A stretch of DNA of 63,236 nt, counting the filler, from Dimargaris cristalligena (taxonomy: Eukaryota): assembly GCA_003614675.1 (NCBI GenBank). It is 14 parts of 14 records of this genome, joined end to end, with 100 filler letters (N's around TTAATTAATTAA, not from the genome) between each part and the next. Parts side by side here need not be neighbours in the genome. Positions count along the whole stretch, not along the records: positions 49,818 to 54,228 come from ML003785.1; positions 54,329 to 58,735 come from ML003786.1; positions 58,836 to 63,236 come from ML003787.1; 11 more parts are not named here. One strand, 5' to 3'. Position numbers and translations under genes: made by a program. Below the pieces are notes generated by a model, which ran no database searches, had not been told where the DNA came from, and saw nothing but the letters and a program-made list of their open reading frames with translations. Below are positions 50,561-63,236 of this stretch, in pieces (position 1 is the first letter of the stretch; every line of letters begins with the position of its first letter).

Positions 50561-50721
50561 CTTAAGGACATGGATTAAGTAGTCTCATAGGTACTGGTAC
50601 TCATGGTAGACATTAAGTATAAATATAGGAAATAGGAAATATATCTACTAAAGTATTTAAAATAATACAAATGAATATAATAAAGATTTATTAAAATTAA
50701 ATAATAATATTGAATCCACTA

Positions 50722-51292
50722 TGTCACCCCTTCTAATCTGACCTAATCCGTCCTAACAATCACTATTATAGCAGGCCTTATAGCGCCATATTGGACACCC
50801 TGGTCCTATCCGGGCACCAAATATCATATATCACCTTGCCAGCTGGACCCCTCGGAGTTCACACTACTCACTCCCCTGATGATCCTAGTATCTTCCAGTT
50901 CCCATGGAAGCCTCCTCTCTCAGACAAGGACCACCCAGCCTTTCTTATTGATACCTTAGTTATGTAGTTCCCCCTCCCCTCGGGACCTCCCTTCAGAGTA
51001 ATCCCCCATGTATATATAACTGGGCCCCATTGGGACCGGTTAGATGGCTCAGCTATTCCTACCCCCTAGTTTACTCCCAATAAACTCCTATATATGCTCA
51101 CCTCTTATACTGACTAGTAAGTGTGCATCAGTACATGCCCCCTGCATATATACTCTACACTTGCTTTATTTAGTTAGTTCTGTGTTCTACCTAATGCTAG
51201 TAGCCCACTTGGCCATGTCCAACACCCCGCCTACTGTTAGAAGCCTATCCCTGAGACTCTTAATGGACTAAGAGTGGTTAACTTGGGTGACA
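50722..51292 (+). mobile_element. Solo LTR, family 1
   Basis: TGTCACCC...GGGTGACA with perfect 5-bp TSD CACTA. Confidence 0.95.
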
Positions 51293-51384
51293 CACTAAAG
51301 TAAACTTTAAATAATAGATAACTTCTTTATTTCCTTTACAGGATGTTAACCTACTTAATCTACCTTAATCCAGCTAGTTAGGTA

Positions 51385-51943
51385 TGTTACCCAGGTTATC
51401 CACTCTTAGTCCAGCAAGAGTCCCAAGGATAGGCTTTAATGGTAAATGGGGCTTAGACTCAGCCAAGCGGGCTACTAGTGTTAGGTATAGGTATGGTACT
51501 AACTAATAAATGTTAAGTAGTAGGGATATGTAAGGGATGTGTAGCAGGTACACTTACTGGTCAGTATAAGGGGGTAAGTATATATAGAGTTTATTGGAGT
51601 AAACTAGGTGGTAAGAATAAGCTAAGGAAACTAACTAGTCCTAATAGGGCCTGGTTATATATACATAGGGATAACTCTAAAGGTAGGCCCCAAGAGGAAA
51701 ATACTACTAAACTAATAGTATAGATAAAGAGACTGACCAGCTAATATGAGTAACCAGAAGACTTGTCAAATTAGTACTGGAGTAATTAGTGTGAAGTGGT
51801 GAGGTCCAGTCAGGAAAGGTTATATAATAATGGTGATCCTCATAGTATGGGGTATGCCATGGGAAGGCTTGATATAGCACAATAAGGCCTAATTAAGTCA
51901 GTATCTACACCCAGCAGATTAAGGTAGATTAGATAGTCCAATA
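51385..51943 (-). mobile_element. LTR family 1 copy, inverted and more diverged
   Basis: Begins TGTTACCCAGGTTATCCACTCTTAGTCC. Colinear with 9403-9985. Confidence 0.85.
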
Positions 51944-52154
51944 ACTAGTTAATATCTTAAAACTATATAAAAAAAGGATAAAAAGGTACCTGTGATATTG
52001 TAATATGACTATAGTTAGTTTTGTAGGAGTAAGATCTATTAAATAGCCAAGATATACTAATGAATGTAAAACCACTACCATTTTTCTAAGATACTATATT
52101 ATTTTGACCCCTTTCCTCCTACTAGCTTATTTACCTTAAATCTCCTGTCATAGG

Positions 52155-52728
52155 TGTCACCCCTTCTAATCTAACCTAATCTATCCTAAGTGATCACCAT
52201 TATAGCAGGCCTTATAGTACCATATTAGATACCCTGGTCCTATCCGGGCACCAAATATCATATATCACCTTGCCAGCTGGACCCCTCGGAGTTCACACTA
52301 CTCACTCCCCTGATGATCCTAGTATCTTCCAGTTCCCATGGAAGACTCCTCTCTGATGAGGACCACTCAACCTTTCTTATTGATACCTTAGTTATGTAGT
52401 TCCCCCTCCCCTCGGGACCTCCCTTCAGAGTAATCCCCTGTGTATATATAACCGGGCCCCATTGGGACCGGTTAGATTCCTTAGCTTATTCTTACCCCCC
52501 ATAGTTTACCCAATAAACTCGATATATGCTCACCCCTCCTAGTACTGACTAGTAAGTGTACCCACTGCATGTTCCTTGCATCCATCCAATTACCTAAACC
52601 TTTATTAGTTAGTACTGTGCCCCATACCTAATGCCAGTAGCCCACTTAGTCAAATCTAGGCCCCACCTACCATTAGAAGCCTATCCCCAAGACTCTTGAT
52701 GGACTAAGAGTGGTTAACTCGGGTAACA
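52155..52728 (+). mobile_element. LTR family 1 copy (no TSD)
   Basis: TGTCACCC...GGGTAACA. Long identical stretches shared with 50722-51292. Confidence 0.9.
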
Positions 52729-54329
52729 CAGAGAATATGCAGATGTGGCAGCCCATCCATTTACATCATATGGGGTAAATATATTATCTATGAACTATAT
52801 GAACTATGTGACTATCACAGTTGAATTTTACCTGACTGTTCATTAATTTAACTGGTAAATCTGTGTAGCAACATTATCCTAAGACTTAGGGTATATAATG
52901 TGTACATATATCTGTGACTATTAGGTTGTTTGGGTATAACTATGGCGAATATTGTGGCTAGTAATGTAAGCAAGAGCCTGTGTAGTGAAATTACTTGCTA
53001 GCTTTTTTTTTCACCTGGTGTTATCTGGTATTTCCATGGCCTATTTTGAATCATATATCATTGGGTGGAATTTAATGACCTGCTCTCTCAAAAGAATACA
53101 TTTTATATTATACTACCAGGGAAATAGGCATTTGTCCTACATTAGATATTTCCTAACTGGCTACTGATATCATACAGGGATGAAGACCACCCCCTCCCTC
53201 CTATTTGAAAAATGGGAGGCATACCTGAGAAAAAATAAGAATAAGAAGGGGTGGGTTGATGTGGCTAAAGTAGTAGGGTTTGGTAGCAAATGAGGGCTGA
53301 TGAAGAGTCCATGTTTCACTTGAATCGACCTACCAGATACCCTGTCTAAAATCACTTTTAAGGGATTTTTACCTCCCAAAGGGCACTTACGGGCTCCCAG
53401 GCTTGGTATAAGAGGTATAATGATTAATTTTATCTTCACTCCAGTTATCTGCCTCTCCCCCTAAAGACCACATCCACCACCTCCTCCTCTATAAGTGGTT
53501 AGAATAGTCCGAAAAATAATATATTTTATACTTGGGCATATAATGGGACTTCTCCCCTCTTCTGAACAACCAGAGAGAGAGGGAGAAATACCCTCTCCTC
53601 AAATGGCCGGAGAGGCCAATAGGAGGGGGAGGGGGATCCTAACCAGGCCACAATCCCTTGCGGTATTTATCATACTCGCTAGCCTCTCTGGGAAGTTTGG
53701 GAGTACTCTTCTATGGGTGGGTGGGGAGGGTATTTCACCCAGTCTAACGGGTCCAAGTCCACCAGATATAATTGGCCGAAGGGTGCCTAAATTAAGACGA
53801 TTGAACAATTGGTGTATGCCACACTCAAAAAGAGAGAGCGAGAGCGAGAGAGAAAATGGGGAAAGCGAAAAAGAGTTGTACAGTGATTTGGGCTAGGCTT
53901 CTTTGCTTCCTTCGTCCCCTTCTTTTGGGTATAGGTAGTACGAGGAAATTGGGGAAACGGGTTTAGCTTCTTTTGAGCACAGCCAATAATCTGGCACCAT
54001 TATTACACACACTCACGGCTCCTCCTGCCACTCAGCTTCAAGTGGCTAATATAGACCGTTAAATATGGGCAGGGCGTGTGGTATGGTTGGGGAGGGGGAA
54101 CATATGGGCTGATCTGGCCATAGCCCATAGCCCTCCGAAAGGCCGGAATAGACTGCCGCTGGCTAACATTGATTGGTAGAAGGGCCTTACAAAAACTAAT
54201 GCTGGATTTGAAGGAACCACCCGAAATTNNNNNNNNNNNNNNNNNNNNNNNNNNNNNNNNNNNNNNNNNNNNTTAATTAATTAANNNNNNNNNNNNNNNN
54301 NNNNNNNNNNNNNNNNNNNNNNNNNNNNG

Positions 54330-54758
54330 GAGAACTACGCGGAAAAGTTAATTCCCTATATTAGAGAAGCCCAGGCGGCCCGTCGTCGTCACCGGAAACC
54401 AAAGTCGCCCCCCGGGGAGAAAGAGGACAGCAAAGGCGAAGGTGAAGAAGAGGATGGGCCTCCACCTGAATCCCTGCTGATAACGGTGTTGACATCGGAG
54501 CACATGAACCAAAGCGACCTGCCCGTTCTATTACACGATTTAACACAGTGGCTGCAGTGGGTGCGCCGTTCGCCGATGCCGGTACCCCCTCGTATTAACC
54601 CGTATCGGTGCCTTCAACTCAACTCCCGGGCCATGCTGACCTTTATGGCCGGTCATTTGGACGAGTGGGTGGCCCAAACTCTACCCAGGGACCCAAATAT
54701 TTTGTCCAGTGATGACAAGTCTCGTCCTCCGGAAATCCGCATCGAGGAGCGATTCTGA
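54330..54758 (+). CDS. 3' end of an unknown protein
   Basis: Frame open from contig start (ENYAEKLIPYIREAQ...IRIEERF*), followed by a (TA)n tract. Confidence 0.7.
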   Translation, partial: ENYAEKLIPYIREAQAARRRHRKPKSPPGEKEDSKGEGEEEDGPPPESLLITVLTSEHMNQSDLPVLLHDLTQWLQWVRRSPMPVPPRINPYRCLQLNSRAMLTFMAGHLDEWVAQTLPRDPNILSSDDKSRPPEIRIEERF

Positions 54759-55724
54759 GGATATATATATATATATATAGATATGCGGATTTTTCGGGGA
54801 GTAAATATGTTGTCAATCTTCAATCCAGCTCATTTGAGAGAATATAATATTCAGGGCAAATGTCTCTTTTTTAAAGTTAGTATAATAGCTTCATTATATA
54901 AATACGATAGGCCATGCGTGGTCTCGAAAAGATCGTTTTGTGCCTATTAAGTGTAAAGAAGAGTGGGCACTAGAAATAGCTGAGTGGATGATAATATTAG
55001 TAATGTTAGCGATAAGATAGATAGATGCTCCTAGCTACAAAGAGCTGGTTTCTAAGCAAGGGGTTATCACCATTAATATGAATGGACTACACAGAGTATT
55101 TTAGATAGTGGTGGATGATTGATAGGGGGGAGAGTACCCGCCCAGTCAGGTGACCAGGCATTTACTAATTGGTCGATTATGATGAAGAAGAGGGTGTTTT
55201 GGATGATAATTATTACCTCAGCACTACAGCGGCCTTACGGTGGTGGAGGTGACAGTGATGGGGCTGGCTTGGGGTGGGTGGATTTCAAGATGAAGGTGGA
55301 ACCCAGCTAGGCCAATGAGAAACGGCGGCGATTGTCACTGGATTGGCGGAACTCCCCCCCCCCTAGCACTTCTCCCACTCCAAACTGCTGGATGGTGGGA
55401 CCAAGATTAGTCAGGGCCTCATTATCAGGTAGAGAAAGAGAAGAGAACCCCCGCAGCCTTATTGTCAAAGGGCATATATTGTGTGAATGCGCGGGTGTGG
55501 GTGGGAGGAGATACTCCTACTACTACTAATATTACTATTGCCAAGCTGACTGACTACTATAGAACCCACACCCGCCCAACCCCGCCCGTTCCATCCGGCT
55601 TTCTTCCTTTTGTCAACGTTTCGCATCGTTGTTGTATTTTGTTCGAACCTACTCGTGTTTCTTCCATCTCTCTCGCTTATCTACTCTCCTTTTTTTAATA
55701 CCACTCACTCCCTCGACTATCGCC

Positions 55725-57126
<1,402 letters not shown>

Positions 57127-60029
57127 GCGATCCCCCCGACTGCCCGGCCCTTCATTAGGTGAATAGATGGATGCGAGTTTCAATACCTCCCCGTACTTCC
57201 TTGACCACCTTATGTATCAGCCAAGCCCGATTTTCTTCTTCAGTTCGACTTTTTCCCCCTTGTTGCCGGTCCATTTCCCAATTGTCATACTTATTATCAA
57301 CCCCCCTTGGTATTTTTATCCCTTTCAAAGAATGCCGTTCGCACTTGTCCGTCCTTTCGCTCCACAAAAGGTTTGGTCGACGAGTAAAGCTGTTTGTGAA
57401 CCTACTACTATCCCCAATGGTACTCTTTGTATCTGGCCTGTGTGTGCGCATGTTCGTGATCTCCTCGTTTTGCTATTGACATGGTCTCGCCCATTCGTTC
57501 AGCTACCCGTGTTTCTTTCCTACTTATTGTCCCTGCCTATCCGTCGCTTTTTGCTTATTTAGCCTTCAGTTGCAGCATGTCGATATACTATCATGCTGCT
57601 TGCCTATTTGGGGTTTAATAATAAAATCGTCGTTTAATCAGATCGCAATATTCTCTCTAGCTTGAAACGGTGAACCATGCCGAGCCCTGTATTACCTATA
57701 TGTCCTGGCCTATGATATCTACTTTTTAACCCATGTATAATAGGACCATCGTTCGTCTAGACGGGTTAGACCCGATCTATTCATCACTTCCAGGACTGTA
57801 GACCCAGCTATAGACTGGTATGCCAAGGACAGGGTTATGGTTGGAAATACTTGCCGTTTTTGACTGGATGTCTTTATAACTACAGCTCACATTTCATCGT
57901 GAAAACTAAAGGGAAGCCCACCTGTAGCACCCTTGAATACTAGTAATCGTCACAGTTGGGCAGTGGTTGGTTTTTTGATTCATTTAAAAAGTGATTCCTT
58001 ATCATTTTGGATATCGCCCGTCTGCAACCTCCAAATCCGAACTTTAATATTTGCCTACTCTAAATACTCTACTTATTAAAAGCTAGTCACGACTTCGGCC
58101 CATCACTTCCGTTTCGTCAGTTGGTTCTTCAACAGTCCAAAATGGAACATCTATTTCCGGAAAACCCGAATAAGTTGAAGAATATTTGGAAAACGAAGGT
58201 GTCCCTATTCCGTAATTTATCAAGGCATGGCCGTAGATTGTTCCTATTCAAACTCGCAGCTTCGGCAACCTATGGTCAGTAGTAATGTTTACATATCAAA
58301 TTATCCAATATGGCTCAATTCGGGCACTGATCTTCGCTGTCTTCATTTTGTATCCCCAGGTAACCCTATTGCTATTCTCTGCGGCCAGGAACAGGTGACA
58401 TGTGCGTCGGGAATGGTGCTTTCCTTAAAATATAGTTAAGCAAGAGTTGATTAAATTATCTAAAACAGCACGGCTGTCGAAATATCCACACTAGTTAAAC
58501 TTACAAAGTAAGGAGAGCCAGGCCACAATATCAATAGTAGGATGTGTTAAACAAAAAGAATAATCAAAGTAAGCAATTTATTAAGCTGGTATATTTATAA
58601 AATAAGGGGAATAACATGTTCCTCAGAGCTTTATTAGAAAGCTGTTTATAGACGTAGGAGTGTAGTAGTAATATGAGGGAGGATTGTCAAAAAAGAATGG
58701 CCGGTGGTGTGCGTTATGCCAATCGGGAAATATACNNNNNNNNNNNNNNNNNNNNNNNNNNNNNNNNNNNNNNNNNNNNTTAATTAATTAANNNNNNNNN
58801 NNNNNNNNNNNNNNNNNNNNNNNNNNNNNNNNNNNAATTTTTCGCTTATTCCTCAGATATTACCGTGAACTCTTATTGATTTACTATTAACGGACACCAC
58901 CGTTTTTTATATCCCAATAAACCTTATACCTCGTTTATATCCCCCGTTCTCCGTTTTGTTCCATTGATTACCCATCCCTCCGTTATCCCGCCATGACGAC
59001 GCCCAACTCCGCCCCTGTCTCCTCCAACTCCGCGAACCTCCCGTCTTCTACCACCAGGGAGCTGGCCGCTGCGACTTCTGGCCAGGTTGATAAAGAGGCC
59101 GTTGCCTCTACGCGAATTCCGAAGGCCGCTGGCAATAGGCCGGACGCCCCGGGTAGTACAAATGTTATGTCCCATTATGCAGCATCATTGGAAGCAATCG
59201 CATTGTTTAATAAAGGAGGGGGAAGGAGTGTGCACGTCTTTTTGTATGCTACAAGGCTCTCTTTCAAACGTGCCTTAAGGAATGCAGTCCACTGACCTGA
59301 GATTTTCAACAGCCCTAGGGGATATAATCCACGGGCCCAGCTCCGTGACTATGATACTGGACTTTCACGGCGGTAAGGGGGTTGGGGATCTAACAAACAT
59401 CTTTAAAGATCCTAATTGTGCTATCCCATACTGAGGCGCCTTGCGCTTTTTATATTATTATTATTTGAGGACAATCCTTCTCTTTAACATGTCTTCAGAC
59501 AACCAGGCATCTGCCTTAATAAAGGCCGGGGTCAGTATTTGTTATATTAGGGCCTGTAACAATCTATCCAAACCAGCCTTTTGGATTGTTGGATAAAATA
59601 ACCATACCTCTTATTCTCACCCTTATATAAATATGCCATGTCCATATCTACCTACCAAACCTCATCACTACATATCACTTGAAATTATCGCATTTATACA
59701 GCCGGTTTAATAATTATTTATACTTAGTATTCTCATTGTATTCGCGTTGCATATGTATACCTCACTATCTTAGCCCCTTAATGTTCTATCAACAGCCGAA
59801 CTTGACCTACGGGTATAACCGGTTCGGCTCACCCAGCACTGCATCTATTTCAGTTTCTGTATTGATTCCTTCCAGTTCCCCTTTATTGTAGCCCATAGGT
59901 TCTTTAATACGCTTGGGACGCCATTCCATAGACCTCTAGATCCATTACCCTTAATACCGCGCGATTTCGCAATATTTTGAAGCGGCAATTACACCTACAA
60001 CCACCCAGTACCTCCGCCCCACTACTACA

Positions 60030-60632
60030 TTGGGCACTATGACACTTACTAAGTCGAAATCCTATCCCCAGATGAAGGTGAAGCGCTCGATGGCCTCAAT
60101 TTTATGCTCGACTAACGACGGAACCCCGGTCCCGAACCGACTGTTCACCCGGGATCAAATTTACATGTTAGTCCACAACTCGACCACCCATCGGCGGTCC
60201 ATTCGAAAACCGGTGAATCCCCATTGCCTAGCGAACTTGGGATCCTCCAGCCCTCCTACTGCCGCCACTTTTTTTTTACCAGCAGTGGATATGCCATTCC
60301 CTTCGCCAAGGTACGATCGGCGCGGGAGTTGCCTACCTGAGAACCGTCCCTACTACCGCCACATACCCCATCATCCCGAGGACCCCCGTTGAGACAAGCA
60401 CCGCAATTCGAAACTGTGCATTATTCGCTATACCGACTATGCGTCGGTGGAGGACTATATCCACGCCTTCTTGCGTTTATGATACGAACTCGACATTAAA
60501 CCCACCCCCAGCGCCAGCGTGATACTTTTTCGATTTGGATTGGGTCAGACCGGCTTGGCCACTCGGGTGTCTTTCTTTAAGCCCCAAACTTTGAGGGAGG
60601 CCATTGATATCGCTCGCCTTCAGCCATTATGA
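60030..60632 (+). pseudogene. Ty3/Gypsy Gag capsid-like frame with two in-frame TGA
   Basis: KLCIIRYTDYASVEDYIHAFLRL*YEL...FRFGL...VSFFKPQTLREAIDIA resembles the MHR and capsid CTD. TGA at 60390 and 60480. Confidence 0.65.
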
Positions 60633-60763
60633 GCGGATGGTTCCCACTATAAGGCTGGGGGGGAGGAGGGGCGGTGGCTGATAAGCATTAGGCCAACCGT
60701 CTACCCCATGGATTTTATACTAATGATGTGTTTGAAATTCATTTCTCACATCCTGCCGATTAT

Positions 60764-60907
60764 ATATGGGAGAAGTTCATACAGGCTGAAAACCGAAAAA
60801 TCCATTAGATAGTGCCAATATTACTGGTTAAAAGTCATTCTCCCTCATATTCTCCTATACGCATATTATGTAAAACTTTATATAGCTGGTTTGAATTTCA
60901 TCCATAT
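60764..60907. mobile_element. ~144-bp MITE-like element
   Basis: ATATGGGAGAAGTTCATACAGGCT ... AGCTGGTTTGAATTTCATCCATAT imperfect TIRs. Confidence 0.8.
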
Positions 60908-61874
60908 CTTTGGTTAAATCAGACCACACTCGAGGCATCAAATCATCTTGATTGTATCTTTCATCGAACTCAATAAAACTAACCGCGGTAAACTAGCGAT
61001 GTTACTTGCGATTCTCTCCATATTTTATAATTGTATAAATATGTATTATATAGACCTTGTGTTAACCCTCCGGTTTAAAAATACAACATTATAGGGGGGT
61101 TGCTGCCCATATTTGTAACCTTGGCTGATATGAATTGTCGACGCTAAGATTAAGGTCCACTCACCCTTGAATGGAGGGCCTTCATATTTTAATATATTGT
61201 TATACTGTCCCATGTGCATTGGGGGGTTTGCTTTTAGGTCGCCTCTCTCGGATGGGAAGGGTTAATCCGACGCTATGGAACACCCAAACCAGCCACCTGT
61301 AGTACATATGGGGGGATCATCTTTTCGTCCACTACCATAATCTTATTCCGAGAATGCATTACTATTATTTTGGAGAGCAATGTAAATAGCCTCATTGGAG
61401 TATATGTCCCAGCCTGTTGCTGCCTGTTAGCCTACGCGTGGTTTGAAAATTTCCTTACAACATTTCCTTATATTTTAAGAACCCCAAGTGATGCGGCATT
61501 CAATTCCACACTTTATTTAACTTCTCACTTCACCTACACCCGTGTAACCAGTGGTCATATTGGACTAAGTACATTTCGATTTAATAACCCCCGCAGCCGG
61601 GCACTGTCATGGAAACTTAGGCAGTAGCCGCAATGTAGATGGTCCCGTATATATTGCAGCCTCGTAGTGTAACTCTGTGCCAGACCTATATAGCATCGCC
61701 TCAACCATTTTTATAAATATAGTCAGAGCACGGATCCTACAGTGTATCTGATAACCAATTCCGCTCTAAATGACACGATTAAGCGCTCAATGGCGAAGCA
61801 GTCAGTGGATTGGACAAACGTTGAACGTAATTTATTCTATCAATCTATTTGGCCGGTCCAACTTACCTAAATCA

Positions 61875-62017
61875 ATATGGGACAGGCTAAACCGGGCTAT
61901 ATAACGAAAAATACATTGCATGAGGCAAATACTACTAGGGAAAAATAGTATTCCCACTTATTTTGTGCCATACATATGTCTGTTAAAATTAAATGTAGAG
62001 TTGAATTTCATCCATAT
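61875..62017. mobile_element. ~144-bp MITE-like element, diverged
   Basis: Same length, core (ATAACGAAAAAT.CATT) and right terminus TTGAATTTCATCCATAT. Confidence 0.65.
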
Positions 62018-62409
62018 GATTTTTCTTTGTGAGCTGCGACAAGTGTATGGCCGTTATTTGGAAGAAACTAATTCCTCCGAAAGTCGGAGGCTCTGTACAA
62101 CCAGTTGGCCTGCCTTACTTCTCTTTTTCGTTCTTTCGGGGCACTGACACGTACTATAAGTTGGATAAATTAAAGCAGAATCGGGAAGTCCATACTGGCC
62201 ATATTGTACTACAGCAACCAAAAAGAAAATCGGTATGCCTTGCAAGGAGAGTGTAAAATGACTGGAACGTCGCCGTCTAAGTCATTTCCGTGCTTCCCTG
62301 ACTAGTGCACTTTAGTACCCATAGACAAAGTCCAGCATACATATCCTGTCGCCAGATTTCTAATTATGACTTGGCGCCGATGAGTGCTATGCTCTTGGAC
62401 AAGGGTACA

Positions 62410-63236
62410 TGTTAACGAGTTAGAGGCCCCCTTATGGCAAGGGAGGGCGAGAAGACGCTCTGGCTTATATTGACGACCTTCCATTTCACTCACACTTACG
62501 TACAGGCCGTTGTAGTTATTCGTTCCCGGCTGTATAAAGGTCCAATTGCTAGCTTGTGTTGGAAATATAAGTTTGATGGTAAACGCAAGTGCCTTCAGAT
62601 GCAACTAAAAAAGGATTTAAAGAAGAGAGAAAGAACCGCAAGGGGCAAAGCTAGATGCCCACGGTTGGTTTTATTGAATTGGATAATAGCAGTAATAACG
62701 ATTAGGACAAAGTTCCAGTTATAGGATGATATAGTAACGGCTATAGTAAAGTCCCAAGTATAGGACGAGCTAATCACAGAGATGGAATCAGTGGGACGGG
62801 GGAAATGAATTTCCAACATTCCCCTTTCATTTATTATCGTCCCATCCAAAGAGCTGTAAACAGCGAGAAAAGGCTGGTAAACTAAGGGCTTTAGTTAGGA
62901 AATCTGCCCTTTGTTTTTCGCTCGCTACCTTGTTTAGTTTTACTACTTCTTTTTCAATATAGTCGCGAATAAAGTGGTAACGAATATCTATGTGCTTAGA
63001 CTGACTATGATTTCCCGGATTTGTTGCCATGGTGATGCTAGCTGTGTTGTCACAATCGATGGTCACAATAGGTGTGGTTTCACCCAGGAATTCAAGTGAC
63101 GCTTTTAACCAGATTGCTTCTTTGACGGCTTCGGATAAGGCGATATACTTGGCTTCAGCAGTGGATGCAGCAACGACCTTTTGTTTCTTTGACGCCCAAC
63201 TAATTGGTGAACCGGCTAAAACGAAAACGTATCTAT
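62410..63236 (-). mobile_element. Ty1/Copia 3' end: RNase H (63236-62827), PPT and 3' LTR (62818 to ~62410)
   Basis: ISWASKKQKVVAASTAEAKY, IDCDN, SKHIDIRYHFIRD, ADFLTKAL*, then AAAGGGGAA abutting TGTTGG. Distal LTR end (TTAACA) is tentative. Confidence 0.93.

Noticed and set aside
50717-51297. CACTA-superfamily transposon termini
   Set aside because: CACTA occurs as a direct repeat outside TG...CA ends, so it is the LTR's target-site duplication.
58993-59295. 100-aa ORF with good start context
   Set aside because: Low-complexity N-terminus and no recognisable domain. It may be a first exon but is unsupported.

Overview
This window is not one locus. It is 14 small contigs of about 4.4 kb, nearly size-sorted, joined by an artificial 100-nt spacer (44 N + TTAATTAATTAA + 44 N), so adjacency across spacers means nothing. 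The DNA is eukaryotic, with GT-AG introns and GC3-rich housekeeping genes. It is most consistent with an early-diverging fungus (inference). Recognisable genes are alanyl-tRNA synthetase (5' part), RNA polymerase I largest subunit (3' part), a 6-exon tRNA dimethylallyltransferase, CCT4 and a 4-exon UBC4. There are also several lineage-specific small secreted protein genes. Much of the rest is transposon debris: about 10 copies of one solo-LTR family (some with 5-bp TSDs), a chromovirus-type Ty3/Gypsy remnant, a LINE, a Ty1/Copia 3' end and a ~144-bp MITE family. Most LTR/LINE copies show strong C->T/G->A decay. The most unusual stretch is contig 13575-18016. It is CpG-rich, apparently intronless and densely packed with orphan ORFs plus an atypical kinase, and it carries its own family of short palindromic repeats. 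It looks like a fragment of an endogenised DNA virus or large mobile element, but no hallmark gene is present to prove this.
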